64,000 nt of DNA from an uncultured bacterium. GTDB taxonomy: Bacteria > Chlamydiota > Chlamydiia > Chlamydiales > JACRBE01. The stretch is taken from positions 94,249-158,248 of the forward strand of contig CAYSAJ010000001.1 in the NCBI GenBank assembly GCA_964429005.1. The letters run 5' to 3'. The number at the start of each line of letters is the position of its first letter. Within the stretch, counting starts at the first letter, position 1. The position numbers were made by a program, and so were the translations under genes. The notes under the pieces are model-generated. The model ran no database searches and was not told the origin of the DNA. It saw only the letters and a list, made by a program, of their open reading frames with translations. Below, one piece after another: positions 9,527 to 18,200 of this stretch.

Positions 9527-9969
9527 AAATAGAAATCGTTGACAAGCAGAGAAACCTCAAAATTCGCAAGCTCTCTGTCAAAAAACTTGTTAAAGCTCTT
9601 TTAGAATTTTATGAGATAAGGCCTTCCCTTATCTCAATTTTTTTTGTGGATGGAGAGGAAATTTGCGATCTTCATGAGCAGTTCTTTCAAGACCCCACAA
9701 TCACTGATTGTATTACATTCCCCATGGACGATCCTTATGAAGAGGGGTGTGAGATTTTAGGGGAAGTATTTGTTTGCCCCAAAGTCGCCTTAGACTACGC
9801 AGAAAAGCACAAAATAGATCCCTATGAGGAGCTTTCTCTTTACGTGATTCATGGGATTCTTCATCTCCTTGGCTTTGATGATATTGACCCCAAAGATCGA
9901 GCTCTGATGCGAAAAGAAGAAAGAAGGTCCATCGCTCATCTTAAGAAACATTCTCTTTTGATAAATTAA
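9523..9969 (+). CDS. ybeY: Endoribonuclease YbeY (rRNA maturation factor)
   Basis: Zinc motif HGILHLLGFDD. The likely GTG start at 9523 overlaps the stop of the small basic protein (GTGA). The tracked TTG at 9469 would lie inside that gene. Confidence 0.85.
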   Translation: MKIEIVDKQRNLKIRKLSVKKLVKALLEFYEIRPSLISIFFVDGEEICDLHEQFFQDPTITDCITFPMDDPYEEGCEILGEVFVCPKVALDYAEKHKIDPYEELSLYVIHGILHLLGFDDIDPKDRALMRKEERRSIAHLKKHSLLIN

Positions 9970-10006
9970 CCGATGTTATAGATAAAAGTTAAAAAAACTT
10001 GAAATC

Positions 10007-11347
10007 ATGAACCCTTTTCTTACCATCCTTTGTTTTGTTTTTCTTTTTTCAACGAGTCTGATTATATCAGTTCGATCGGCGATTATGAAACTTGGATCTA
10101 TCGCTACTGTCAGTGAGTTCCAGCAGTATCCTTCGTTCTATTTTCTTTATATCTGGATCCATCGGAACTTTCATAAAGAGAGATGGTCAGGTCTCTTTCA
10201 CTATCTTAGTGTGACTTCTCAAATCACAAGGCTCTTTTTCGCTGCCTTGTCTGTGTTTTTTGCTTTTGACCATCATCTGATTGATTTTGATCTTTCGCCG
10301 AGTGAGCATCAAATTTTCGTCACTTTTTTCTCTCTTGTGGGTGTGATTAGCTTCATTGCTCTATTTTCCCTCTTTTTTGATTTTATTTTTAAACTCCTCG
10401 CCTTTTCTTTTCCTTACTTTGCCTTAAAAGTGTTTACAATCCCCGTCTCTTTTATCGTTCTGATATTTTCTTGGCTGACCTATCCTATTTTGACGATAGA
10501 GAAAAAGCTTATCATCAAACCTTTGAACCAACGAACCGAAACATCTGAAAAGAAAATTAAGCGCAAACTTGAAGAGTTTTTATTTGAACCCGAAATCAAG
10601 CAGCTATTAACTCATGCTGATCAAAAACTTCTTGTTTCTTTAGCCTCCTTTAAAGACAGGGTTACCAAAGAAGTAATGACCCCTCGCGTCGTTATTTTTG
10701 CTCTTGCAGCGGATGAAACCGTCGCTTCCTGCCTAGATCGATTTATTGAAGAAGGGTATAGCCGAGTTCCTGTATTTGAAGAAAACATTGATCATATTGT
10801 TGGCGTATTGCTTTATAAAGACCTTCTTAAATTCGTCCAAAAGCACCTAGGCGATGTCGACAAAAGCTACCTAAAAACTCCAATCCGCGAGCTTCTCACC
10901 CCCGCTCTCTTTGCTCCTGAGTCTAAAAAGATTTCCCAACTCCTCCAAGACTTTAAAGCCCACCAAACCCACCTTGCTATCATCGTCGACGAATATGGAG
11001 GCACTGAAGGAATCGTTACCATTGAGGACATCCTTGAGGAACTAGTTGGAGAAATTGCCGATGAATACGACCTTGAGGAAGAAAAATTTTACACCCAGCT
11101 TCCAAACGGCTCCTGGATTGTAGATCCAAAAATGAGCATCTTGGAGATTGAAAAAGAGCTTGGCATTTCAATCCCTGAAGCCCCTGAATATGAAACGATC
11201 GGGGGATATATTTTTCATACTGCAGGCTCTATACCTAAAAAGGGATGGTGCATTCATCACGAATATTTTGATTTGGAAGTCATTTCCTCCACTCCAAGAT
11301 TTATTGAAAAAATTAAAATAACCCCCGTTTCTCCATCAAAGCACTAA
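10007..11347 (+). CDS. DUF21-CBS-CorC_HlyC family membrane protein (TlyC/hemolysin-like, putative divalent cation efflux)
   Basis: N-terminal multi-TM domain, a tandem CBS region (VMTPRVVIF...GYSRVPVFE), and a C-terminal CorC/HlyC transporter-associated domain. Confidence 0.85.
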   Translation: MNPFLTILCFVFLFSTSLIISVRSAIMKLGSIATVSEFQQYPSFYFLYIWIHRNFHKERWSGLFHYLSVTSQITRLFFAALSVFFAFDHHLIDFDLSPSEHQIFVTFFSLVGVISFIALFSLFFDFIFKLLAFSFPYFALKVFTIPVSFIVLIFSWLTYPILTIEKKLIIKPLNQRTETSEKKIKRKLEEFLFEPEIKQLLTHADQKLLVSLASFKDRVTKEVMTPRVVIFALAADETVASCLDRFIEEGYSRVPVFEENIDHIVGVLLYKDLLKFVQKHLGDVDKSYLKTPIRELLTPALFAPESKKISQLLQDFKAHQTHLAIIVDEYGGTEGIVTIEDILEELVGEIADEYDLEEEKFYTQLPNGSWIVDPKMSILEIEKELGISIPEAPEYETIGGYIFHTAGSIPKKGWCIHHEYFDLEVISSTPRFIEKIKITPVSPSKH

Positions 11348-11440
11348 AGAGAAGATCTATCTGACAAGTAGGATTGGAAAAGAATCTTTGAAATTGCTAT
11401 GCTGTCTTAGTGAATTCATATTTTTTGGAGACTCCCTTTC

Positions 11441-13351
11441 ATGCGCAGATCAATTTGCATCTCAGAACCTAAAACAGTCCTAGCGGGCCAGCCTTCCACC
11501 CTTAAATTTAGCTACCTTCCTGCGAATAATATCCCCGCAAAAACTTTGCTTCGTTTCGACACATTGACCAAAGGAAGAGATATTGACTGGCAACTGCCGC
11601 AGACGAGTACAAAAAAGAACGAAAATGCGATTTGGCTCGTGATGCCCGATCAAAAAGTGGTCCTAGGCACCGCATTCGAAGATGAGCTTGGCATCCCATC
11701 CCAGTTTCAATTTCAACTTCCCTCTGAAGTCAAAGTTGGAGAAGAAATTTCTATTTTTATTGGATGTCCTCAACTAGACTCTGCTGCCAAAGGAACAAAA
11801 GTTCAACAATACATCCAAAGACGGCGCCCTTTCTTACTTTACATTGATCCCAAAGGGAAAGGTGACTTCAAAGACCCTGAGACTTTCCAGGTTGATGTAA
11901 GGGGAAATATTTTACACTCTATCCGTGTTGTTGCTCCTTCAATTGTTTCTAAAAACCAACGTTTTGATGTCGTGATTCGATTTGAAGATGCTTTTGGCAA
12001 TTTAACTGGATTTTGCCCCGATGAGGACACATTAATCGAGCTCTCTTACAATCACCTTCGAGAAAACCTTAGCTGGAAGCTTTTCATCCCCGAAACAGGA
12101 TTTACAACGCTTCCGAACCTCTATTTTAATGAACCTGGCGTTTACCGCTTCAAACTGACAAACCTCAAAAACAAAAAAGTATTCTTTTCTGATCCTGTTT
12201 TATGTATCCAAGAAGCAGAACACTACTCACAATGGGGGCTTCTTCATGGAGAATCGGAGCGTTTTGATGCTCTAGAAAATATGGAGTCTACTCTGCGCAG
12301 CTTTAGAGATGACAATGCTCTTCAATTTTATGGAAGTTCTCCTTTTGAATCTGAACAAGAAGTTTCTAACAATGAATGGAAACATGTAACGACACAAATC
12401 AATGACTTTAATGAGCCTGATCGTTTCGTAACCTTCCTTGGCTTCCAATGGATGGGAATTCCAGGGGAAGAAGGACTTCACCACATCATCTATGCAAAAG
12501 ATGCTAAGCCGATCCTTCGACTCAAGGATAGCAAATCGAACAATCTCAAAAAGATCTACAAAAGCCACTCTCCAAAAGATTTTATTTCAATACCCTCTTT
12601 TACTTTAAACAAGGAAACTTGCTTTAACTTCCAGGACTTTCAGCCTGAATACGAAAGAGTAGTGGAGATCTATAATGCTTGGGGATCCTCAGAATGCCTT
12701 GAAAAAGAAGGAAACCTCAAACCGATTAAAAAAGAGGGGAAAAAGAGTGGGCAAGAAGCAAAAGAAGGCTCCATTCGAAATGCTTTGAACCTAAATAAAC
12801 GGTTTGGTTTTGTAGCAGGCGGTCTAGATGATAGAGGGGTATATTCTACCTTTTTCTCTTCAGATCAAGTTCAATATTCTCCAGGCCTTACTTGCATCTT
12901 AGCTGCTGAGCATACAAGGGATGGTTTCTTCCAGGCTATATATAACCGAAAATGCTATGCCACTACAGGGAAACGGATCATTCTAGAGTTTAAACTCGCA
13001 GGTCAACCTATGGGCTCAGAGCTGAATACGACAACCAAACCTGGCCTTTACTATAACCGCCATATTGAGCTCACTGTTGCAGGAACATCCATCATCCGAG
13101 AAGTTGAGATCATACGCAACGGTGAAGTGATGAAGACCTTCCACCCAAAAGACTCCTCTCTCATTACCACCCTTGACGATGCCGATGCCTTCGAGAAAAT
13201 CGGTCTTAAAGACTCGGAAACTGAGAAACTCTTTGTTTATTATTATATCCGTGTTATTCAGGAAGACGGGCATATGGCTTGGAGCTCCCCTATATGGGTA
13301 GATTTAAGAGATGACTCAATGATCCCCAAGAAGGGAAGAAAAAAAGGATAA
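11441..13351 (+). CDS. Conserved hypothetical protein; C-terminal two-thirds is DUF3604/PHP-like (tentative)
   Basis: A 636-aa ORF with no internal stops. The C-terminal ...YYYIRVIQEDGHMAWSSPIWVD and WGLLHGESE motifs recall DUF3604-type metal-dependent proteins. The N-terminal ~260 aa look like beta-sandwich. Confidence 0.6.
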   Translation: MRRSICISEPKTVLAGQPSTLKFSYLPANNIPAKTLLRFDTLTKGRDIDWQLPQTSTKKNENAIWLVMPDQKVVLGTAFEDELGIPSQFQFQLPSEVKVGEEISIFIGCPQLDSAAKGTKVQQYIQRRRPFLLYIDPKGKGDFKDPETFQVDVRGNILHSIRVVAPSIVSKNQRFDVVIRFEDAFGNLTGFCPDEDTLIELSYNHLRENLSWKLFIPETGFTTLPNLYFNEPGVYRFKLTNLKNKKVFFSDPVLCIQEAEHYSQWGLLHGESERFDALENMESTLRSFRDDNALQFYGSSPFESEQEVSNNEWKHVTTQINDFNEPDRFVTFLGFQWMGIPGEEGLHHIIYAKDAKPILRLKDSKSNNLKKIYKSHSPKDFISIPSFTLNKETCFNFQDFQPEYERVVEIYNAWGSSECLEKEGNLKPIKKEGKKSGQEAKEGSIRNALNLNKRFGFVAGGLDDRGVYSTFFSSDQVQYSPGLTCILAAEHTRDGFFQAIYNRKCYATTGKRIILEFKLAGQPMGSELNTTTKPGLYYNRHIELTVAGTSIIREVEIIRNGEVMKTFHPKDSSLITTLDDADAFEKIGLKDSETEKLFVYYYIRVIQEDGHMAWSSPIWVDLRDDSMIPKKGRKKG

Positions 13352-13361
13352 GGTGATAAGT

Positions 13362-13553
13362 ATGATGATTTCTACAACATTATTAGCTATTTTACTCGTT
13401 GCGGCAGCCATTATTGGTATTGCGGTTGGCTATTGCCTCAGAGCTCGCTGCTCAAGCTCTTGCTCTACGAGCAAATGTTGCGACAGCAAATCGATGCCAA
13501 AAAAAGACAGCAACTCTTGCTGCTCTGGCAAGAAAAATTGCCGTGATGACTAA
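13362..13553 (+). CDS. Small single-pass membrane protein with a cysteine-rich basic tail
   Basis: Hydrophobic N-terminus ISTTLLAILLVAAAIIGIAVGY, then 8 Cys in the last 39 residues (C-x4-C-x3-C-x4-CC-x12-CC-x5-C). AAGGTG lies upstream of the ATG at 13362. Confidence 0.6.
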   Translation: MMISTTLLAILLVAAAIIGIAVGYCLRARCSSSCSTSKCCDSKSMPKKDSNSCCSGKKNCRDD

Positions 13554-13603
13554 CCTTGTATGATTCGGCCTAGACACTATTCTTTTTTAATTAGTGTCTA
13601 TCT

Positions 13604-13650
13604 AGAGAAAAAAAGGTTGATCAGTTGCAAATTCGCAAATGATCAACCTT
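13604..13650 (-). terminator. Rho-independent terminator candidate for the minus-strand 365-aa gene
   Basis: An 11-bp stem, AAGGTTGATCA (13613-13623) paired with TGATCAACCTT (13640-13650). On the minus strand it is followed by a T-run (complement of the A-run at 13605-13614). Confidence 0.5.
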
Positions 13651-13675
13651 CTAGTAAGAATAACAATCTTATTTT

Positions 13676-14773
13676 TTAGCCAGTATGTGTGTGCATTTCA
13701 GTCCAACTAGCAACAGCAGCCATTCTTCGCATCCACACGAAATCACTCTTTGAAGTTTCTTCGATCAAGTCATCCAAGACAGTACGAGTTCTCCCACCAG
13801 CAGCAACACTAGCACTTTCTTCTCTCGGTGAAACTGCTGCAGCCATCGATGCAAAATCTCTAGAGGTATGCTCAGCTAAGTCAATATACGCTCTTCTAAC
13901 AAGATCTTTACTTTCTTCACGAGTAAAACCATCTGCACGGAACCTACTAAGCACTTCTCTACATATAGGCGCTTCAAAAACTTTAGTAGAAAGCGCTCTA
14001 ATCAACCCTCGCTCTTTATAAGAATAATGCAATCCAGCTAAGATTCTAGCTGCAATCGCTAAAGCTACACGGTATTGACGAGGACAGGTTCTTCTAGTTT
14101 CATGGTTGTTAAGAACTTCAAAAGCCCTACTTAAGGCTCTTCGCAGAATCATACCTTCAACACCCACTTCAAACGAAGCCCCTCTTTCAATCAAATAATC
14201 AAGACCTTCTAGTGTACTCAGACTAAAAAAATCATCAGATGCGCTCGCCCCTTCTGTTAAACGCATCATTAAAAAATGTGCTACGGGGTTGCAAACAAGA
14301 ACTTTTAGACTTCCCTCCGCACCAGTCGGCCTTGCTTTGGGGATTCCACGAAAACCAGCTCCTCCAATAACTTCTAACATTCTATCTGCGATGTCTGTTC
14401 TACCCCCGCTGAGCGCTTCCGCGAAAACATCAACTTCCCTATGAGACCAAAAGTGTTCAGTAAGAAAAGGCTGCCCATATACATAGAGAACAAAGCGATC
14501 CTCACCAGCAGGTAACACCCTTTCAAACTCCCCCATCCCCACCCCTAATTTAGCGGGCTCAACAGCTACAATACGTTCAATATCAGTAGGCTCCATAGTA
14601 TCACTTTCTAAATAATATCGAGGGGCTTCGTAAGTTATAACTGTTGCAGTCTTTCCAATAATATCGACTGCAGAGCTATAAAACCCTTCTGTGACAGGCG
14701 TTAATACCACCTGGTTATATTCCTTTGCTTGCTGCATAGCAGCAACAGAAAATCCTGGGAGAACAATTGCCAT
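13676..14773 (-). CDS. Hypothetical soluble protein (365 aa), orphan
   Basis: Clean ORF with GAGG 6 nt upstream of the ATG. It has no TM helix or signal peptide, is Ala/Arg/Glu-rich, and looks more G+C-rich than its flanks. No motif is recognised. Confidence 0.75.
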   Translation of the reverse strand: MAIVLPGFSVAAMQQAKEYNQVVLTPVTEGFYSSAVDIIGKTATVITYEAPRYYLESDTMEPTDIERIVAVEPAKLGVGMGEFERVLPAGEDRFVLYVYGQPFLTEHFWSHREVDVFAEALSGGRTDIADRMLEVIGGAGFRGIPKARPTGAEGSLKVLVCNPVAHFLMMRLTEGASASDDFFSLSTLEGLDYLIERGASFEVGVEGMILRRALSRAFEVLNNHETRRTCPRQYRVALAIAARILAGLHYSYKERGLIRALSTKVFEAPICREVLSRFRADGFTREESKDLVRRAYIDLAEHTSRDFASMAAAVSPREESASVAAGGRTRTVLDDLIEETSKSDFVWMRRMAAVASWTEMHTHTG

Positions 14774-15306
14774 AAAAACCTCAAAAAGTTAGTTTAATTA
14801 AGAAGTTATTAACTATAATATCAAAAAAAATATTTTATAAACAAATTAAAATGATTATTTATAAAAATAATAGCTTTTATTGCTTCATCATAGAAGACTC
14901 TATGCCCTAATTGACCTTAACCTATTGATTTTCAGGTAAATACCTAAATAAGATACTCCTTTTCTATTCAAAATCAGACACTTACAAAGTTTTATAAGGA
15001 TTGACTCAAAGCCCCCTTTTTTTGAAAAAAGCTATTGACTTTTGGGGTTTTATTAAATTTTTTAAACTTTGTTAAAATATCAATAAAAAATAATTTTAAT
15101 TTTATAAAATTATAATATTAAGTTTTTTAATTATTGAATTGATAATAGGTTTATTCTACAATAATTATAGGAGATCTCTTTTTCCACGAGTTCTTCATAA
15201 TAAATAGAATAATAGATTGATTATAATAACAAATTTACTATATTGAGTTTTTTTACCTTAAAAAAGCTCAGTGCCTGGCATGCCAAATGTCAGGAGGGGG
15301 AAAACC

Positions 15307-16008
15307 ATGTTTCAAATTAATCCTGATCTTTACAAGATCAATTGCGATTTGCAAGAGATTCATTTTCAATTGAATAACATTGAAAACCCAGATCTTTTGG
15401 AAATTGAGCAGCACCTCTCGATCGTAGCCGATTTCATAGAATCTCATCTCCAAGCGCCTTCTTTGCCCTACTACGAAAGAAATGTCCTTTTAACCCAAAA
15501 AGATGAACTGACCCAGCTCGCTGGGCGATGCAACGACCAGGCCCGAAAAATGCAATTTGCACAAATTTGTGATACGAAGCTTATTGATCTCCAAAAAGAG
15601 AGAATGAAAGAGTTTAAACAAAATTATAACTTAACAATTGAAGAACAAAGAAAGATCCATGAGGCCAACTGTGGTGACGAGAAGGTCATCCCTCTTTACC
15701 CTGATTCTGTAGTGGAAATCCTTGATTTTTCGGATCTTACAGATCTTTGCTATGAAATGGCCGTTTATTTATATCGGAAGGAAAGAAAGAAGTTCCAAAA
15801 CAAATGGTCTCTACTCTCTGAAAAGGACAAATTTCAGCTTCTTCGACACATCTCCCTCTGCGGGGGTGCTTTAGAAGAAGGGAAAGAGCTTGGAGCAATG
15901 CAGGCTTTAATTGGGTTTGCTGAGCAAAACCATAGAGAAGTGATCTCCTACCCTTCGATCGATGAAACTCTTGAAGTACTCAACGACCTATCTGAAATTT
16001 ATTCTTAA
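15307..16008 (+). CDS. Hypothetical helical protein (233 aa), orphan
   Basis: The ATG at 15307 is preceded by a strong SD (AGGAGGGGG). The tracked GTG at 15271 lies upstream of that SD. No motif is recognised. Confidence 0.75.
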   Translation: MFQINPDLYKINCDLQEIHFQLNNIENPDLLEIEQHLSIVADFIESHLQAPSLPYYERNVLLTQKDELTQLAGRCNDQARKMQFAQICDTKLIDLQKERMKEFKQNYNLTIEEQRKIHEANCGDEKVIPLYPDSVVEILDFSDLTDLCYEMAVYLYRKERKKFQNKWSLLSEKDKFQLLRHISLCGGALEEGKELGAMQALIGFAEQNHREVISYPSIDETLEVLNDLSEIYS

Positions 16009-16017
16009 TTTTTCTTT

Positions 16018-16050
16018 GAAAGCAGCCTATAGGGGCTGCTTTCTTTAGTT
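16018..16050 (+). terminator. Bidirectional rho-independent terminator candidate
   Basis: GAAAGCAGCC (16018-16027) pairs with GGCTGCTTTC (16034-16043), followed by TTTAGTTT. It sits between convergent genes. Confidence 0.55.
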
Positions 16051-16056
16051 TGGAGC

Positions 16057-16398
16057 TTAAGGAGCTTTATAATCCTTTTCTCTAGCAAAAATGGCTACAT
16101 CTCTGCAGCAAAGATCGCAGCAGCAAAGGCGCCCAATCGTCCAGGAGATGCAAGGTATTATATTTGATACGATGAGCCAGATAGCTCCAAAAATCGCAAG
16201 CCCTGCGATTCCTATACAACTACATACATTCCAAGACCGAGATACTGTTTTAGTCTGAGCCGTCCTTCTGGGTTCATCAAGAGATCCTCTTGCAGCTTCA
16301 TCTACTCTTAGTGGAGTATCTCCATGGCCTTCGTCCCTATGTGGCATCGGTCTTATTGGGGGGGGTGATCCTAGTGCTGCTGCTGTTGGTGAAGCCAT
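16057..16398 (-). CDS. Membrane protein with a juxtamembrane cysteine cluster (CCCDLCC)
   Basis: AAGGAG lies 7 nt upstream of the ATG. A Pro/Ala/Arg-rich N-terminal ~55 aa is followed by a ~35-aa hydrophobic segment (CIGIAGLAIFGAIWLIVSNIIPCISWTIG) and then RLCCCDLCCRD. Confidence 0.75.
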   Translation of the reverse strand: MASPTAAALGSPPPIRPMPHRDEGHGDTPLRVDEAARGSLDEPRRTAQTKTVSRSWNVCSCIGIAGLAIFGAIWLIVSNIIPCISWTIGRLCCCDLCCRDVAIFAREKDYKAP

Positions 16399-16507
16399 AA
16401 TAATCTCCTTTTAATGAGCACCATCATACTGATTCAATTCATTAATTTCATGGATTTTGAAATAGATATACGATTAAAAATTGATTTAATACGTAATAAA
16501 AATTTAA

Positions 16508-17335
16508 TTAGAAAGAGAGCTTAATTGCTTCGTAGAGTTCTTTTTCGATATAAGCACTTCCCATCCGATTAAAAGGGCGATGCTCCCCATGGAAGTCTGA
16601 ACCTCCTGAAACATGAAGGCCGAGGTTATGAGCCATGTTGACCCACCGGTTATTCTCATCTTTGCCAAAATTCGCATAGTAGCATTCGAGACCATCGAAA
16701 TCATGATTTTGAAGTATTTTTTTGATCCATTTTTTTTCTTTGATAAGATGAGGGTGAGCTAAGAAAGCTCTTCCCTTAGCCGCGTGGATGATTTCGATGG
16801 TTTCCTGAATTGAGAAATTTTGACCTCTTTCAAAGCAAGGAGCTTCGTCGCCGATCCATTCCTTAAAAGCTTCTTGCATCGACGTTACATAACCCTTTTT
16901 GATCAAGAGCCCCGCGATGTGTACCCTACCTACAATATGCTTTTTACTTTTAGTACCGTAAAGGTCTTCTTCCGAAATAAAAAGACCATGCCGTTTTAGA
17001 TTCGCGATGATCATTCGATTTCTCTCAAGCCTTCTTTCAGCGTGCTGCTCACAAAAATGTCTTAAAACAAAATTATGGGGGTCAAAGTCATACCCCAGAA
17101 TATGTATACCAATGCCTTGATAAACAGTAGAAAATTCAACACCTGGAATCAATTCAACATGGCATTTTTTTGCATGATTTGTGGTTTCAAGAGTGTAAGC
17201 GTCCACAGTATCATGATCAGTAATGGAAATGCCATAAAGTCCTAAATTTCGCGCCGTCTCGATGAGTTCGATGGGAGTCAAAGTGCCGTCAGAGCAAGTG
17301 GAATGAAGATGCAAATCAATTTTATTTTGGGGCAT
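16508..17335 (-). CDS. PHP-domain metal-dependent phosphoesterase (TrpH/YciV-like)
   Basis: IDLHLHSTCSDG, ISITDHDT, GGSDFHG. The ATG at 17335 is preferred over the tracked TTG at 17344. It overlaps the murB 3' end. Confidence 0.85.
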   Translation of the reverse strand: MPQNKIDLHLHSTCSDGTLTPIELIETARNLGLYGISITDHDTVDAYTLETTNHAKKCHVELIPGVEFSTVYQGIGIHILGYDFDPHNFVLRHFCEQHAERRLERNRMIIANLKRHGLFISEEDLYGTKSKKHIVGRVHIAGLLIKKGYVTSMQEAFKEWIGDEAPCFERGQNFSIQETIEIIHAAKGRAFLAHPHLIKEKKWIKKILQNHDFDGLECYYANFGKDENNRWVNMAHNLGLHVSGGSDFHGEHRPFNRMGSAYIEKELYEAIKLSF

Positions 17336-18200
17336 AAGGCACAACTCTTATTTCTCTATGAAGCTCGATCCCATATTCTTTTTTCACTTTATCTTCAATT
17401 ATTTCAACGAGTGTGAGGACATCACGAGCTGAAGCCCCTTTATCATTCACTATAAAGTTACCATGTCGTGGAGAAACCATTGCCCCTCCCACTTTGTATC
17501 CTTTGAGCTGAAGATTCTCTATCATTTTACCGGCTGGGAGTTCAGGTGAAGGGTTTTTAAAGCAGCAGCCAATTGAGGGGACTTCATAAGGTTGAGTTTT
17601 TAAGCGATATTGTAAAATATCCTCCTGCCTTTTTTTTGCTGAAGAATCAACTTCCAGAGCAAAACGAGCAGAAATAATAAATCCTTTCATTTCTTGGAAA
17701 GATGAATAACGATATGAAAACTGGAGACTTTCTTTTGAGTACTCTTGTATGACCCCATCGTCGCGCAAATAGGTCACACTGAGTAGGAAGTCTTTTGTCT
17801 CCATCCCCCCTGCCCCTGCATTCATATAAATAGCGCCTCCGACTGTTGCGGGAATCCCGCAAGCAAATTCAAGGCCCTTATATCCAGATCTTGCTGTCTG
17901 AATTCCTAGCAAAGCAAAAGAATATCCAGCTCCTACACTCCAAATATGGTCTTCTTGGTGTTTGAAAGAAAGTTTGTTGATAATGACAAGACCTTCATAA
18001 CCTAAGTCATCAAAAAGAGTATTAGATCCCTTACCGATGATCAAATAAGAGATGGAGTGCTCGCGTGCAAAGTGAAGAGCAAAAAGGAGATCATCCAAAG
18101 AAAAAGCTTCAATAAGATAGGCAGCAGGGCCGCCAATTTTAAAGGTGGAGTAAGACTTCAGAGGTACTTGCTGTTGAATCTGCGCTGGTGATGCATCCAT
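17322..18200 (-). CDS. murB: UDP-N-acetylenolpyruvoylglucosamine reductase
   Basis: FAD-binding domain motifs YSTFKIGGPA and IGKGSNTLF, plus the C-terminal MurB domain (GCCFKNP, AGKMIE). Confidence 0.9.
   Translation of the reverse strand: MDASPAQIQQQVPLKSYSTFKIGGPAAYLIEAFSLDDLLFALHFAREHSISYLIIGKGSNTLFDDLGYEGLVIINKLSFKHQEDHIWSVGAGYSFALLGIQTARSGYKGLEFACGIPATVGGAIYMNAGAGGMETKDFLLSVTYLRDDGVIQEYSKESLQFSYRYSSFQEMKGFIISARFALEVDSSAKKRQEDILQYRLKTQPYEVPSIGCCFKNPSPELPAGKMIENLQLKGYKVGGAMVSPRHGNFIVNDKGASARDVLTLVEIIEDKVKKEYGIELHREIRVVPYAPK

Noticed and set aside
13689-14021. 110-aa plus-strand ORF
   Set aside because: It is antisense within the 365-aa minus-strand gene, which has a proper SD, a terminator and full length. 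The plus ORF has no start context.
15276-15285. Perfect palindrome TGGCATGCCA resembling a sigma54 -24 element (TGGCA)
   Set aside because: No GC -12 element lies at the correct spacing (ATGT instead of TTGC). A start site derived from it would fall downstream of the gene's Shine-Dalgarno sequence. It may still be a protein-binding palindrome, but I cannot support this.
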